From assembly GCA_001600695.1 (NCBI GenBank), contig BCKQ01000013.1:250045-314044 (forward strand): DNA of 64,000 nucleotides, given 5' to 3'. Shown here one piece after another: positions 1 to 10,423 of this stretch. The notes below the pieces were generated by a model that was not told where the DNA came from, did not search any database, and worked only from the letters and a program-made list of their open reading frames with translations. This stretch comes from Ascoidea asiatica JCM 7603. Lineage: Eukaryota; Fungi; Ascomycota. The translations under genes were made by a program, and so were the position numbers. Within the stretch, counting starts at the first letter, position 1. Each line of letters starts with the position of its first letter.

Positions 1-491
1 GTAATGGAGATATTTTAAAAGTTGATAATTATCAAAAAGGTTGGGCATCTTTAGTTCAAGCACATTGTATTAATCATATTGCTTTAAAACCATATTGTTC
101 AATGGAAAGAATTACAGCAATTTCTGCATTTAGACCAAAAAATTCATTAATTAAAGAACCAACAGTTTTAACAACAATTAAACCATCAATTTTACCAAGA
201 AGTAGATATAATGATTATTATCCAGAATGGATGAATTATAGATTAGATATTATTTCAGATAGAATTAAATGGTTAAAAGAAAAAGTTAATAAAGATAAAG
301 AAATTGGTAAAGATTTTAATCAAATTGAAATTATTAATTATATGGAAGATTTATCAAATTATTCTAAAGCAACTTGGAGAGAATTTGAAGTTGTTGATGA
401 AGGTAAATATCATCAACCACCAAAAAAGAAATTTATTGAAAATTGGGAAACTTCAAATGTAAGTGAAAAAGTTTTAGATTTTAATTATTAA
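1..491 (+). CDS. 3' part of a fungal 2OG-Fe(II) dioxygenase-domain protein (5' end outside window)
   Basis: Frame is open from nt 3: NGDILKVDNYQKGWASLVQAHCINHIALKPYCSMERITAISAFRP. The distal His (INH) and Arg (ERIT) spacing matches the C-terminal strands of 2OG oxygenases. The ATG at 102 is internal. Confidence 0.6.
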   Translation, partial: NGDILKVDNYQKGWASLVQAHCINHIALKPYCSMERITAISAFRPKNSLIKEPTVLTTIKPSILPRSRYNDYYPEWMNYRLDIISDRIKWLKEKVNKDKEIGKDFNQIEIINYMEDLSNYSKATWREFEVVDEGKYHQPPKKKFIENWETSNVSEKVLDFNY

Positions 492-592
492 ATTGCAAAA
501 AAAAGATAGTTATATATTATAAATTAATGGTATACATACATAAATTTATATATATATATATATAGTGTAATGAATAATTTAGAAAATAAGTA

Positions 593-1414
593 TTAAATTG
601 GAGGTAAATGTTTTTCAACAAAATTAACAATATCAGAAATTTCTTCATCATTAATTTGATGTTGCATACCTGGATAACTTTTTAAAGTTAAATTTTTAAG
701 ACCAATTTTATTTTTAAAAAAATCAAAAGATTCTTTAGCATAATTAAAATTTATCATTTTATCATTTGTACCATGAAAATGAATTAATGGAGTTTCTATA
801 TTTTTTGAATTAACTTTTTCATTTAATAAAATTGGCATAAGTTTTGCAAAACCAGAACATGAAATTAAACCAGCTAATTTATAATCACTAAGTATAGATA
901 ATGAATAAGTTAAAGAACCACCTTGAGAAAATCCACCGATAATTATTCTATCTGAAGAAATTTTATCAATAGTAATTAAATCTTTAATAATTTTATTAAT
1001 TTCAGAAATTGAAGATAAATAACCTTTTGTATCATCTTTTGAAGTTGAAGAACCAAATTGATAAATATCAAACCAACTTGACATTTTATAACCATTATTT
1101 GCAGTTATTGGAATTTCATTTGCCTGTGGAAAAATAAATTTAATATGTTTACCATTTTCTTTTGAACTTATAATTTGTGATAAAAATTTAAAAGAAGATG
1201 CATGATCACCTAAACCATGAATAAATATAAAAGCAGCAGTTGCTTTATTTACTGAATCTATAGTTATTTTTGAAATTGTCATTGGTGAATAAGTTTTTGA
1301 ATTTAAATCTATATTTGTATTTATATTAGAATTGGAATAATAATTGGAATAATAAAGGAATAAAGAGAAGAATAATACAAAAACAGAAACAAAGTTGAAG
1401 ATTCTATTAGCCAT
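593..1414 (-). CDS. Acyl-protein thioesterase 1 / lysophospholipase (YLR118C-like)
   Basis: FIHGLGD, SWFDI, GGFSQGG nucleophile elbow, HGTND and YPGMQH give the Ser-Asp-His triad. Hydrophobic N-terminal extension before a second Met (MTISK). Confidence 0.93.
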   Translation of the reverse strand: MANRIFNFVSVFVLFFSLFLYYSNYYSNSNINTNIDLNSKTYSPMTISKITIDSVNKATAAFIFIHGLGDHASSFKFLSQIISSKENGKHIKFIFPQANEIPITANNGYKMSSWFDIYQFGSSTSKDDTKGYLSSISEINKIIKDLITIDKISSDRIIIGGFSQGGSLTYSLSILSDYKLAGLISCSGFAKLMPILLNEKVNSKNIETPLIHFHGTNDKMINFNYAKESFDFFKNKIGLKNLTLKSYPGMQHQINDEEISDIVNFVEKHLPPI

Positions 1415-1819
1415 TAATTGAATTATAATTGAATTATAGTAATCTCACATATCTATTTCTTCTACTTTCTTGTTGGAGATTCTTCTCTTCCTTTATATCA
1501 ATCTCTTATTGTTATTGAATATTTTGATTACTTCCAAATTCGGGCAGTGAATAAATAACAATGCAAAGAGTGCAAAACGAGAAGGTTTTACTGGGCCAAT
1601 TGGCGGTGGATGCTGACGTAAGCGCAGCACTAAACGAACCAAAGGGAGTATATTTGGAGTATATTTGGAGTATATTTGGAATATATTGAATATATTTAAT
1701 ATATTAGTGAGATTTAGTAAGAAGAAGAAGAAGAAATTAGTAATGAAAGAAAGAAATTAGTAATGATGAAGTAATCAGGCAGACAATGAACTATATAATA
1801 AAGAAGCAGAAATGGTTGA

Positions 1820-3136
1820 TCAGCTTAGTATTGGAGCCAAATATTTTTGCCAGAGAGCAGGAACAATATCTGGACACCAATCTGATTGTGAATGATGAGA
1901 CTGGACACAGACGTAGAAGTTGCCCTGGTAAACAACCATATCATTTCTTGAATATCTCAAACCAACTTGCCAATCTTGCATTGTTCCATGAGGAGAGTTT
2001 GTGGATAAAGAAGATGATGATGATGAGACTAAAGGAGTTGAAGGAGTCAATTGAGAATGTGTTTGATGTTGAGAATATGATGGAGGAGGTATATTATGAT
2101 TATGATTATGATTGAAATATTGATGATTATTATCAATGATAAATGGTTTACCACGATTACCCAATTTATTTAATAAAATTTTAGAAAATTCAAAATCTTT
2201 TGATTGAGAAAATGAATAAATACCTAAATTTATTTCATTTCTATTATCATTATTATTATATTGATCTCTATTTAAAGACCAAAATGAAATTAAACCAAGA
2301 TTAACATTTTTTGCATAATTAGTTAATAAATTCATATCATTTAAATTAAAAATTGAATTATCATCATTTTTACCAATCATTGGACAAATACCAATTGATT
2401 TATAAATTTCTTCATTTGATCTTTCTGGGAAAAAATCTTTTTTTAATTGAAATTTCATTTTTTCTGCAATATTTATTGAAATTTGTCCATATGAATTTTT
2501 AGAATTATTTATTGATTCTATTGATTGATAATAATCCATAGTCATAGCATTAATTAAAGAAATTTTTACATTATTTTTTTGAAAAATTTTTATACAATTA
2601 TATCCATCAATTGTTAAACCAAAATTTGGATCTGTTGGTAAAGTTAAAGAAAAATATAAATTATAATTAAATTCAATTTCTAATAAATTTATAACTTTAC
2701 TTATTTTTTCAATTAATTCTAAATTTCTTAATTTATCACCTTCAATATCATAATCAATTGAATAAATTTTAAATTTTTTTAAATATTTTAAAATTAAATT
2801 AAATTCATCTTCTATATTCATAAATTCACTTAAATATTTACCATTTTGTCCACCAAATGATAAAATAATATTTCCAGTATTTGAAGTTAATTGATAAAAT
2901 TTATTTATATCATTTTCCCATAATTTAATTTCTTCAAAATTATTTACAACAAATCCTAAAGTAATTGTTTTAAAATTTAAAATTTCATATGCTTCTGATA
3001 ATGTTGAAATTTTATAATAATCTTTATTACCTCTACCCCAGGTATAAAGATATGGAGAAACAATTGTAGGATTTGAATTGATTGAATTTTCATTAAGTAT
3101 CAATGGAACCATTTCTTCTTCACTATTGTTTTTGAA

Positions 3137-3174
<38 letters not shown>

Positions 3175-3328
3175 TTAATTGATTGAATACTATTGAATTT
3201 GAATTTGAATTTGAATATAATGAGAAATATGTTGTGGATTGTGAATATAGATAAAAAACCAGGACTATAAAAAATAGAAAAAAAGATATGAATTGAAATG
3301 ATTTAGATGATAAAAACTTCATGAACAA
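1820..3328 (-). CDS. GH18 chitinase (PF-ChiA-like) with N-terminal signal anchor and C-terminal CBM5/12 chitin-binding domain
   Basis: LSFGG, IDYDIEG (DxDxE), SLTLP, NAMTMDY, PMIGKND, SFWSLNRD. S/T/P linker, then WQVGLRYSRNDMVVYQGNFYVCVQSHHSQSDWCPDIVPALW. Confidence 0.9.
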
Positions 3329-3720
3329 TTGACTTATTTATACTACAACAATAAAGAAATGAACAATAACCAGAATCTTAAAATGAATAATAGAATTGAT
3401 CAATCAATTGAATAATGAATTGATTAATGAATAACTCTTCTTTGGATTCTTCTTTTAAAGCTTCTTTTGCTGTTTTTGCCTCTTTCCTGGAGCCGTTTGT
3501 GGACTGCGAAGTCAGACAGAAAACTCGCAGCTTCGGCAATTAAAGACTGTGACTGGAGAACAAAAATAGGTCTAAGCATCAACAAGAAACAACAACAACA
3601 ACAACAACAAATATCATATCATATCATATCATATCAGATAAATAGGAAATAAGAACCCATTTATCAAACAGGTCTGCTCTTGTCTTCAATATATTAACTT
3701 TGCCTTGATAATCTCAAGAA

Positions 3721-4629
3721 ATGTTTTCGCCTCCTCCAGCTTTGCCTCCAAAACCAGCAAAACCAGCTCTGTCTTCTTCTACTTCTGAGGCAAATATCAC
3801 TACAAGTAATAATTCAAATAACAATTCGAATATAAATATAAACACCAGTTCAAACAATCTACCTATAAAACCACCACTTCCATCAAGAAATGATATTGTT
3901 GAGACAATAAACTCTGAGGAACCACAGAAGATAAATTCTGAAATCAAAAATCAGTCAGAAATTTATAATAATGACAATAATGATAACATAAACAGAAAAG
4001 ATAAAGATAAAGATAAAAATAATAATATTGAGAATAAGAATAAGAATAACAATGAGAATCAAATCAAATTACCTGAATTTCCAGAAGCTTTAAAGTCTTT
4101 ATCAATTCAAGAATTACAAAATTTCTTAAAAGATAATGATTTATTAAATGGTTATTTAATAACAATTGATGATAAACTTGATATTAAAAACAATGAAATT
4201 TTAAATAATGATAAAATTGAATTGAATAATTTAATTAATGAATTGAATTTAATTTTAATTGAATTCAAGAATTTAAATAATTTAAAGTTGAAAATTAATT
4301 CAAATTTAAAAAATTTTAAATTAAAAGAAAAAAATTATTATCAATTTTTAGAAATTAAAATGTTTAAAATTTTAGAAAAATTTCAAATTAATTATAAAAT
4401 TAATAATTTATTAAAATTTAAATTAATTAATTCAATTAATATTTATAATAATACTTCAACAAACCTATTAAATGATTTTTTATCTTCAACTAATAATAAT
4501 AATAATAATGATGATGATATAATAATACAAGATTTTATTAAAAATTATAAATTAAATAGAAAAAATTATTATATAAATAATGAAAGATTAAAAAGATTAA
4601 ATGAAGATAGAATTGGAGGTATGATATAG
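3721..4629 (+). CDS. VPS37: ESCRT-I subunit Vps37/Srn2
   Basis: Pro-rich N-terminus, LSIQELQNFL, coiled coil and a C-terminal Mod_r-like DFIKNYKLNRKNYY..ERL. Lies near the YLR118C homolog, as in S. cerevisiae. Confidence 0.8.
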   Translation: MFSPPPALPPKPAKPALSSSTSEANITTSNNSNNNSNININTSSNNLPIKPPLPSRNDIVETINSEEPQKINSEIKNQSEIYNNDNNDNINRKDKDKDKNNNIENKNKNNNENQIKLPEFPEALKSLSIQELQNFLKDNDLLNGYLITIDDKLDIKNNEILNNDKIELNNLINELNLILIEFKNLNNLKLKINSNLKNFKLKEKNYYQFLEIKMFKILEKFQINYKINNLLKFKLINSINIYNNTSTNLLNDFLSSTNNNNNNDDDIIIQDFIKNYKLNRKNYYINNERLKRLNEDRIGGMI

Positions 4630-4665
4630 TTTTGTATTATAATATAACATAATAATATTATTTTA

Positions 4666-5733
4666 TTACATATAACTTCTTTTATTATAACTTCTTTTAT
4701 AATTTTTATTATTTAAATTATTTTTATTCTTATTTTTATATTTTAATTTTAAATCATCTAATTCATTTCTCATTTCAACATAATTTAAATGAATTTTACC
4801 AATAAAATGATCACCTAATCTTCTATCACTATCTAATCTACTTAAATATGCTCCACAAATTTTACAAACTTCTAATTTTTGTTGACCAACTTGTCCAATA
4901 TTATCAATTAATTCTCTTATTGCTTTTGAAAATTTTGATCTTTGAATTAAAAAATTATTTAATTTACAACTTTCAATAATTGATTTTAAAATTTCATTTT
5001 TTGAATTTAAAATTTCAATTTCTTCTAATAATAAACCAATTTTAATATCCATTGAATCTAATTCTTTTGTTAATTTAGATATTTTAATTTCTTCTTCTGG
5101 TGTATGTTTTAAATTTTCTGAAGCATTCTCAATTTTATAATTACATTCATTTATATAATATTCTAAATCATTCATATATTCAATTTCAAAAGTTTCAATC
5201 ATTTTTTCAAAATTTCTCAATCTTTCAATTTCTTTTTTCTCCTTTTCTTTTTTATCTTTTTCTTTATCTTTATCATTTTCTTTATCATTTTCTTTATCTA
5301 TTATTAAACTATCATTTTCTATTACATTTTCATCAAGAATATTATCATTTTCTTTTATATTATCTATTTTTATTTTCTTATTTTTATAATAATGATTTTT
5401 TTCAGTTTCATAATAAATTTTAAATTTTTCTGAATGAGTTTTTCTACATTTCCCAAATGTTTCTTTAGTTCCAATAAATAAATCATGAGGACATTTACCA
5501 ACTAAAAAAGATTTACAAATCTTACTATCAAATAAATTTATTTCCCTAGTATCTCTATTATCTCTATTATCTCTACTATAACTATTGTAATTATTACTTC
5601 TACCATTATAACTACTATTTCCATAATGATTGCCTCCATAACTATTATAACTATTTCCAGAATTATTACTTGAAGAATGATAGGCTTCTCTGCCCATCAT
5701 CTGCTCTATCAACTTCCTCTGTTCTGCAGCCAT
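4666..5733 (-). CDS. LUC7: U1 snRNP protein Luc7
   Basis: MAAEQRKLIEQMMG, ZnF1 CKSFLVGKCPHDLF..C...H, ZnF2 LEVCKICGAYLSRLDSDRRLGDHFIGKIH. Confidence 0.96.
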   Translation of the reverse strand: MAAEQRKLIEQMMGREAYHSSSNNSGNSYNSYGGNHYGNSSYNGRSNNYNSYSRDNRDNRDTREINLFDSKICKSFLVGKCPHDLFIGTKETFGKCRKTHSEKFKIYYETEKNHYYKNKKIKIDNIKENDNILDENVIENDSLIIDKENDKENDKDKEKDKKEKEKKEIERLRNFEKMIETFEIEYMNDLEYYINECNYKIENASENLKHTPEEEIKISKLTKELDSMDIKIGLLLEEIEILNSKNEILKSIIESCKLNNFLIQRSKFSKAIRELIDNIGQVGQQKLEVCKICGAYLSRLDSDRRLGDHFIGKIHLNYVEMRNELDDLKLKYKNKNKNNLNNKNYKRSYNKRSYM

Positions 5734-6103
5734 TCTTGAATATTATACTAACTTGTTCGATTAATTGATCTCTCTTGATTCTTTCTTTAATCATCAATCA
5801 ATAATCATTTATCAATTATCAATTATCAATCAATAAAAATATATTTTTTACCTTTATTTTTTTGTTTCAATTTCCGAGATTTGAAGAAATAAAGTTTCCG
5901 TCCTGGATAGTTGTCCGTAATCTATTAGGTAATTGTCCCCTCTGTCCTACCCTGTTTTTCATTATTTTAACCTTTATTTGAATATTATCGAATTTTATAT
6001 TCATTTTATATTCGTTTTATATTCATTTTATTTCAATTTGATCTATTTGTTTATAATTGATGAGTTTTGTAATCCAATTATATATATTTACTAATGATAT
6101 ACG

Positions 6104-6850
6104 ATGGCATTTAGAAGTTTGATATTGAATGGAAGTTATTTATTAAGAATTGGATGTTTATTTCATATAATAACTGATGATTATTATGAATTTTCAGAAA
6201 CTATGGGAGAATCAATGTTACCAACATTATTATCAAATGGTGATTATGTTCATGTTTTAAAAAAAAATTATAAAAATGGTAAAAATTTAAAAATTGGTGA
6301 TTTAGTTGTTTCTACAAAACCAACAAATCCAAATGAAAGAGTTTGTAAAAGAATTACTGGAATGCCAGGTGATATAATATTATTAGATCCATCAATTGGA
6401 TCTGATTTAACAAATTTTAAAGAAATTAAAAGTAAAAATGAAGTAAAAGATAATAAAAGAAATAATAAAAAAGAGAATTTTATAGATTTAAAAGAAATTG
6501 AATTAAAAATTAAAGAATATTCTGAATATATTAAATATGAGAAATATGAAAGAATTAAAAAAAAAAAAAATTATATTTATAAAGATTTAATGTTGGATGA
6601 TTATTATAATGGTATAAATAAAGGATTTAATAGATATATAATTATACCCAAGGGACATTGTTGGTTAACAGGAGATAATTTATCAGGATCTTTAGATTCA
6701 AGAACTTATCAAACTGTACCTTTAGCATTAATTAAAGGTAAAATTATTGCTAAATGTTCAAGTAGTGAACCAATTTTAAAAAAATTAGATAATGGAAAAT
6801 ATAAAATCTTAGGTTTCACTTGGTTAAATAATAATTTTTTTTCAGAATGA
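6104..6850 (+). CDS. IMP1: Mitochondrial inner membrane peptidase subunit 1
   Basis: GESMLPTL (catalytic Ser), VCKRITGMPGD (catalytic Lys), GHCWLTGDN..SLDSRTY. Tail-to-tail with SWP1 as in S. cerevisiae. Confidence 0.93.
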   Translation: MAFRSLILNGSYLLRIGCLFHIITDDYYEFSETMGESMLPTLLSNGDYVHVLKKNYKNGKNLKIGDLVVSTKPTNPNERVCKRITGMPGDIILLDPSIGSDLTNFKEIKSKNEVKDNKRNNKKENFIDLKEIELKIKEYSEYIKYEKYERIKKKKNYIYKDLMLDDYYNGINKGFNRYIIIPKGHCWLTGDNLSGSLDSRTYQTVPLALIKGKIIAKCSSSEPILKKLDNGKYKILGFTWLNNNFFSE

Positions 6851-6909
6851 TTTATTAAATTTTGTGATATTTTGTTTATTTGTATATATTTTGTATATAT
6901 ATATAATTA

Positions 6910-7833
6910 TTAGATTAATTGTTTTAAAGTAGTTGAACCAAAATATAGAGTTGGAGCAATAATTATAGAAACTTTGAAAAGTAAATTAAATATACTATCA
7001 TAAGACCAATATTGAATAAAGAAAATTTCTATAGATATTAAACTTAATAAAAATAAAATATTATAAATATTATTATTTGAATTAAATAAATTATTTAAAT
7101 TAAAATTTTTATTTAAATTAATTTTTAATAAACTTATAAAAACAAAAAATGATAAAATTATTAAAATTGAGAAAAGTAATGAAATGTATAAATTTGCTTG
7201 TTTTGGATCAGATTTAAAAATATGAAAAATTTCTTTATCATTATCATTATCATTATTATTAGATTCATTAAATTTGAAATAATTTTTAATTAAATTTTCA
7301 GAAAATTTTATATTTAATAATTTTTTTGAAATAAATGGTTTTTCATTATCATTAAAATCTGCAATAATTAAACCTAAAGTTAAAATTTTATTATTTGAAT
7401 TAATTAATAAATAATTTGGAATATTATTTAAATTAATTTTAAAATCAACATTACCATTTGAATTTGAATTTAAATTTGAATTTGGTATATAATATTTTTC
7501 TAAATAATTAAAATTTTCATTATTTGATAAATCTTGATTTATATCATTTTTATCTTTGATAAAATTTGTATTAATTAAAGAAATTATAATTTGATTGGGA
7601 TTAAAATTTGAATTTTTTAAATTTGAAAATACTTTAAATTTAATATTAATTGAATCATCTAAATTATTAAAATTTAAAAAAAATTTATTTTCATTTTCAT
7701 TAAATTCTTCATTTAAATCAATTTCAAAATTTTGATTACCAATTGAAATTGAACCATCTTTTATAGTTAAAGAAAGTGAAAAATTGATTAAGAAAACCAA
7801 GAATAAACTTATTGAAGTTAACGATTGTTTCAT
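6910..7833 (-). CDS. SWP1: Oligosaccharyltransferase delta subunit (ribophorin II)
   Basis: Signal peptide, EIFHIFKSDPK motif and three C-terminal TM segments. Adjacent to IMP1. Confidence 0.87.
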   Translation of the reverse strand: MKQSLTSISLFLVFLINFSLSLTIKDGSISIGNQNFEIDLNEEFNENENKFFLNFNNLDDSINIKFKVFSNLKNSNFNPNQIIISLINTNFIKDKNDINQDLSNNENFNYLEKYYIPNSNLNSNSNGNVDFKINLNNIPNYLLINSNNKILTLGLIIADFNDNEKPFISKKLLNIKFSENLIKNYFKFNESNNNDNDNDKEIFHIFKSDPKQANLYISLLFSILIILSFFVFISLLKINLNKNFNLNNLFNSNNNIYNILFLLSLISIEIFFIQYWSYDSIFNLLFKVSIIIAPTLYFGSTTLKQLI

Positions 7834-8049
7834 TTTTACTTGTTTTATATTTATAATCTCAATTGGATTGGCCTATTATTACTTCCTCTTAACTTCTTCT
7901 TAACCTCTTATTTAGTTCTTATCCAATGCTTTACTCAATTGATCAAAACCGAATAAATCTGTGAATAAAAACAGTATGTAATTTAGAGTGAAATTAATTC
8001 AATAATTCAATATTTCAATTTATTTAATATATGGGATATGTGTCTATTG

Positions 8050-8430
8050 AGACTGTTGTTCGGGTCACGAGATGTGATAAGCCACGTTTGGTGCGGTAAC
8101 TATCCGGGTAACTACGTTAGCCACTTATACACAGCCACAATTGTCAAATTAATAGACCCTCACCAGTGGTAGAATCCATTTCCATGGCGTAAACATAAAC
8201 ATACCTTCAGTTACTTTAGTATACGTGTGACAGCAGCAGTACGCGCTGGTATAAATAACCATCCCGGTTCGCGTTTATTTTTAGACGCGTCTGGTCGCGT
8301 GTGCTTTCTCACTGGAGGGCTTACGTCAGCGGCCGTGCTCTGCTGAGTCATCCCGCGCGCGCACTTTGCCAGAAACACGCCAGCAGAAACGCAACCGGCA
8401 AAAAAGCGCTGAGCTCGCGCCAATTTTAGC
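8050..8430. promoter_or_regulatory. GC-rich divergent promoter of SWP1 and BUD5-like, with Reb1, MCB, CRE and Gcn4/AP-1 motifs
   Basis: CCGGGTAA 8104-8111, ACGCGT 8285-8290 plus several CGCG cores, TTACGTCA 8321-8328, TGAGTCAT 8344-8351. Motif matches only. Confidence 0.55.
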
Positions 8431-8676
8431 TTTGGAGCTGGAGCTTCTTTAAATTGAGTGGGAGTTTGAATTTGGCTTTGGTTTTGGCTTTGGCTCTGCT
8501 TGGCACTGGATTGGGATTAAAAAAAAATAATTATTTCAAATGGTTTAATATTCAATTATCAATATCATTTGAAAAAAAAAAATATCAATATTAATATCAA
8601 ATATTAATCAATATCTATCATTGTTTAACAATAAATCAAAAGATAACCAATCTTATGAAACCCAGTTTTCTTTATC

Positions 8677-9620
8677 ATGGAAACTGAAACTCAGATTGAC
8701 ACCCAATTGTCGAGAAAGTTTTCAATTCCGGTTTCCAATCAATCAAATAATATTAATTTAATTGATAATCAATCTCCAATTAATTATTCAAATTCAAATT
8801 CAAATTCAAATTCTCATTATTCAAATGAAATGGATGATACTAATGATACATCTGATATATCTGATATAACCGATTATTATGCAAATAATGAAGATGAAGA
8901 AGTAAATAATGATATTGATAATGATCATGATAATGAAAATTATGATTATAATTATGATGAATATGATAATGATCATGAATTTGAATTTAATGATACAAAT
9001 CAAATCAATTCTCCTAAAAATAATTTAAATTCTTTTAAATCTTCAAATAAATTACATATCTCAATTAATCAAGTTGAATATCAAAATTTAAATCAAATTT
9101 CAAATCAAAATAAATATAATAATATTGAAGATATTGATGAAGATAATATTATCAATGATAATAATGATGATAATGACGATAATGATGATAATGATGATAA
9201 TGACGATAATGATTTTTATTATTCTCAAGATCAATATCATGCTGATATGAATGATTTAAATCATATTTCTGATATAAGTAATATTCATGATATTAATCAT
9301 GTTTATTCAAATGATAATATTATACCTACTCAAAATGTAAATAATATTACCAATACTAATAATACAATAATTAGTAACAATGATAATAGATTATCAAATT
9401 CAACTTTAGATGCAAGAAGAATATCAATAAGAAAATCAAATATAAGAAAATCAATTTCAACTCCAACTGCTTTAAATTTAAATTTAAATTTAAATCCACA
9501 ATCTATAATCAAACAAAATAATAGAGATTCATTATCAACTTTAAAAGCAATAAGTCCAATAAATCCACTTTTCTCAAATAATCCAAATAATTCAAATAAT
9601 CCCATAATTACCAACAATAC

Positions 9621-9655
<35 letters not shown>

Positions 9656-10359
9656 TAAATATAAAAAATTATATAGATAATGATTATGTTATAAGATCTC
9701 CTGCGAGAAGAGTATTAATTAATAATCCAAATAATATTATTGAAACAAATAATAAAACAATATCTTCTCCAAAACAAAGAAAAAATCAAAAACTAATTCA
9801 AAGACAAAGATCAATATCAACTTCAATTTCGAATACAAATTCAAATTTAAATTTAAATAATACTCCAACTACAATAAGAAATTCTTCTTTATATTCTTCA
9901 ACTTCAACTGTAGATTTATCATTTGATTCTCAATATTCAAATAATTCTTTTTCTTCAATCACTTATGATAATCTTACTAATAATAGTATTACCAATATTA
10001 ATGATAACAATAATACTATCTTAAATAATAGTCCAAATACAAATATTAATGTTAATAATAATTTTATAAATAATCAAATTCAATCAAAATCAAGTAATCA
10101 AAATTTATTAAAACAATTTACAGATATGAATTTAAATTCAAATCAAAATCAAAATCAAAATCAAAATTCAAGATCAATATCTCAATCTCAACCTCAACCA
10201 AATTTAAATTTAAATTTAATTGAAGATTCTCCAATTTTACCACAAGATCCAAAAAGTAAACAAAGACAATCAAGATCAAGAGCTGCTTCAAATGCAATTC
10301 GAACTAATTCTTCAATAAATTTTGATCAACCACTGCAATATTATACAAATGTTCATAAT

Positions 10360-10423
<64 letters not shown>

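Noticed and set aside
8112-8204. Minus-strand GTATGT...GGCTAAC.GTAG intron-like pattern upstream of SWP1
   Set aside because: No coding exon to join, it lies in a promoter island abutting a Reb1 site, and there is no transcript evidence.
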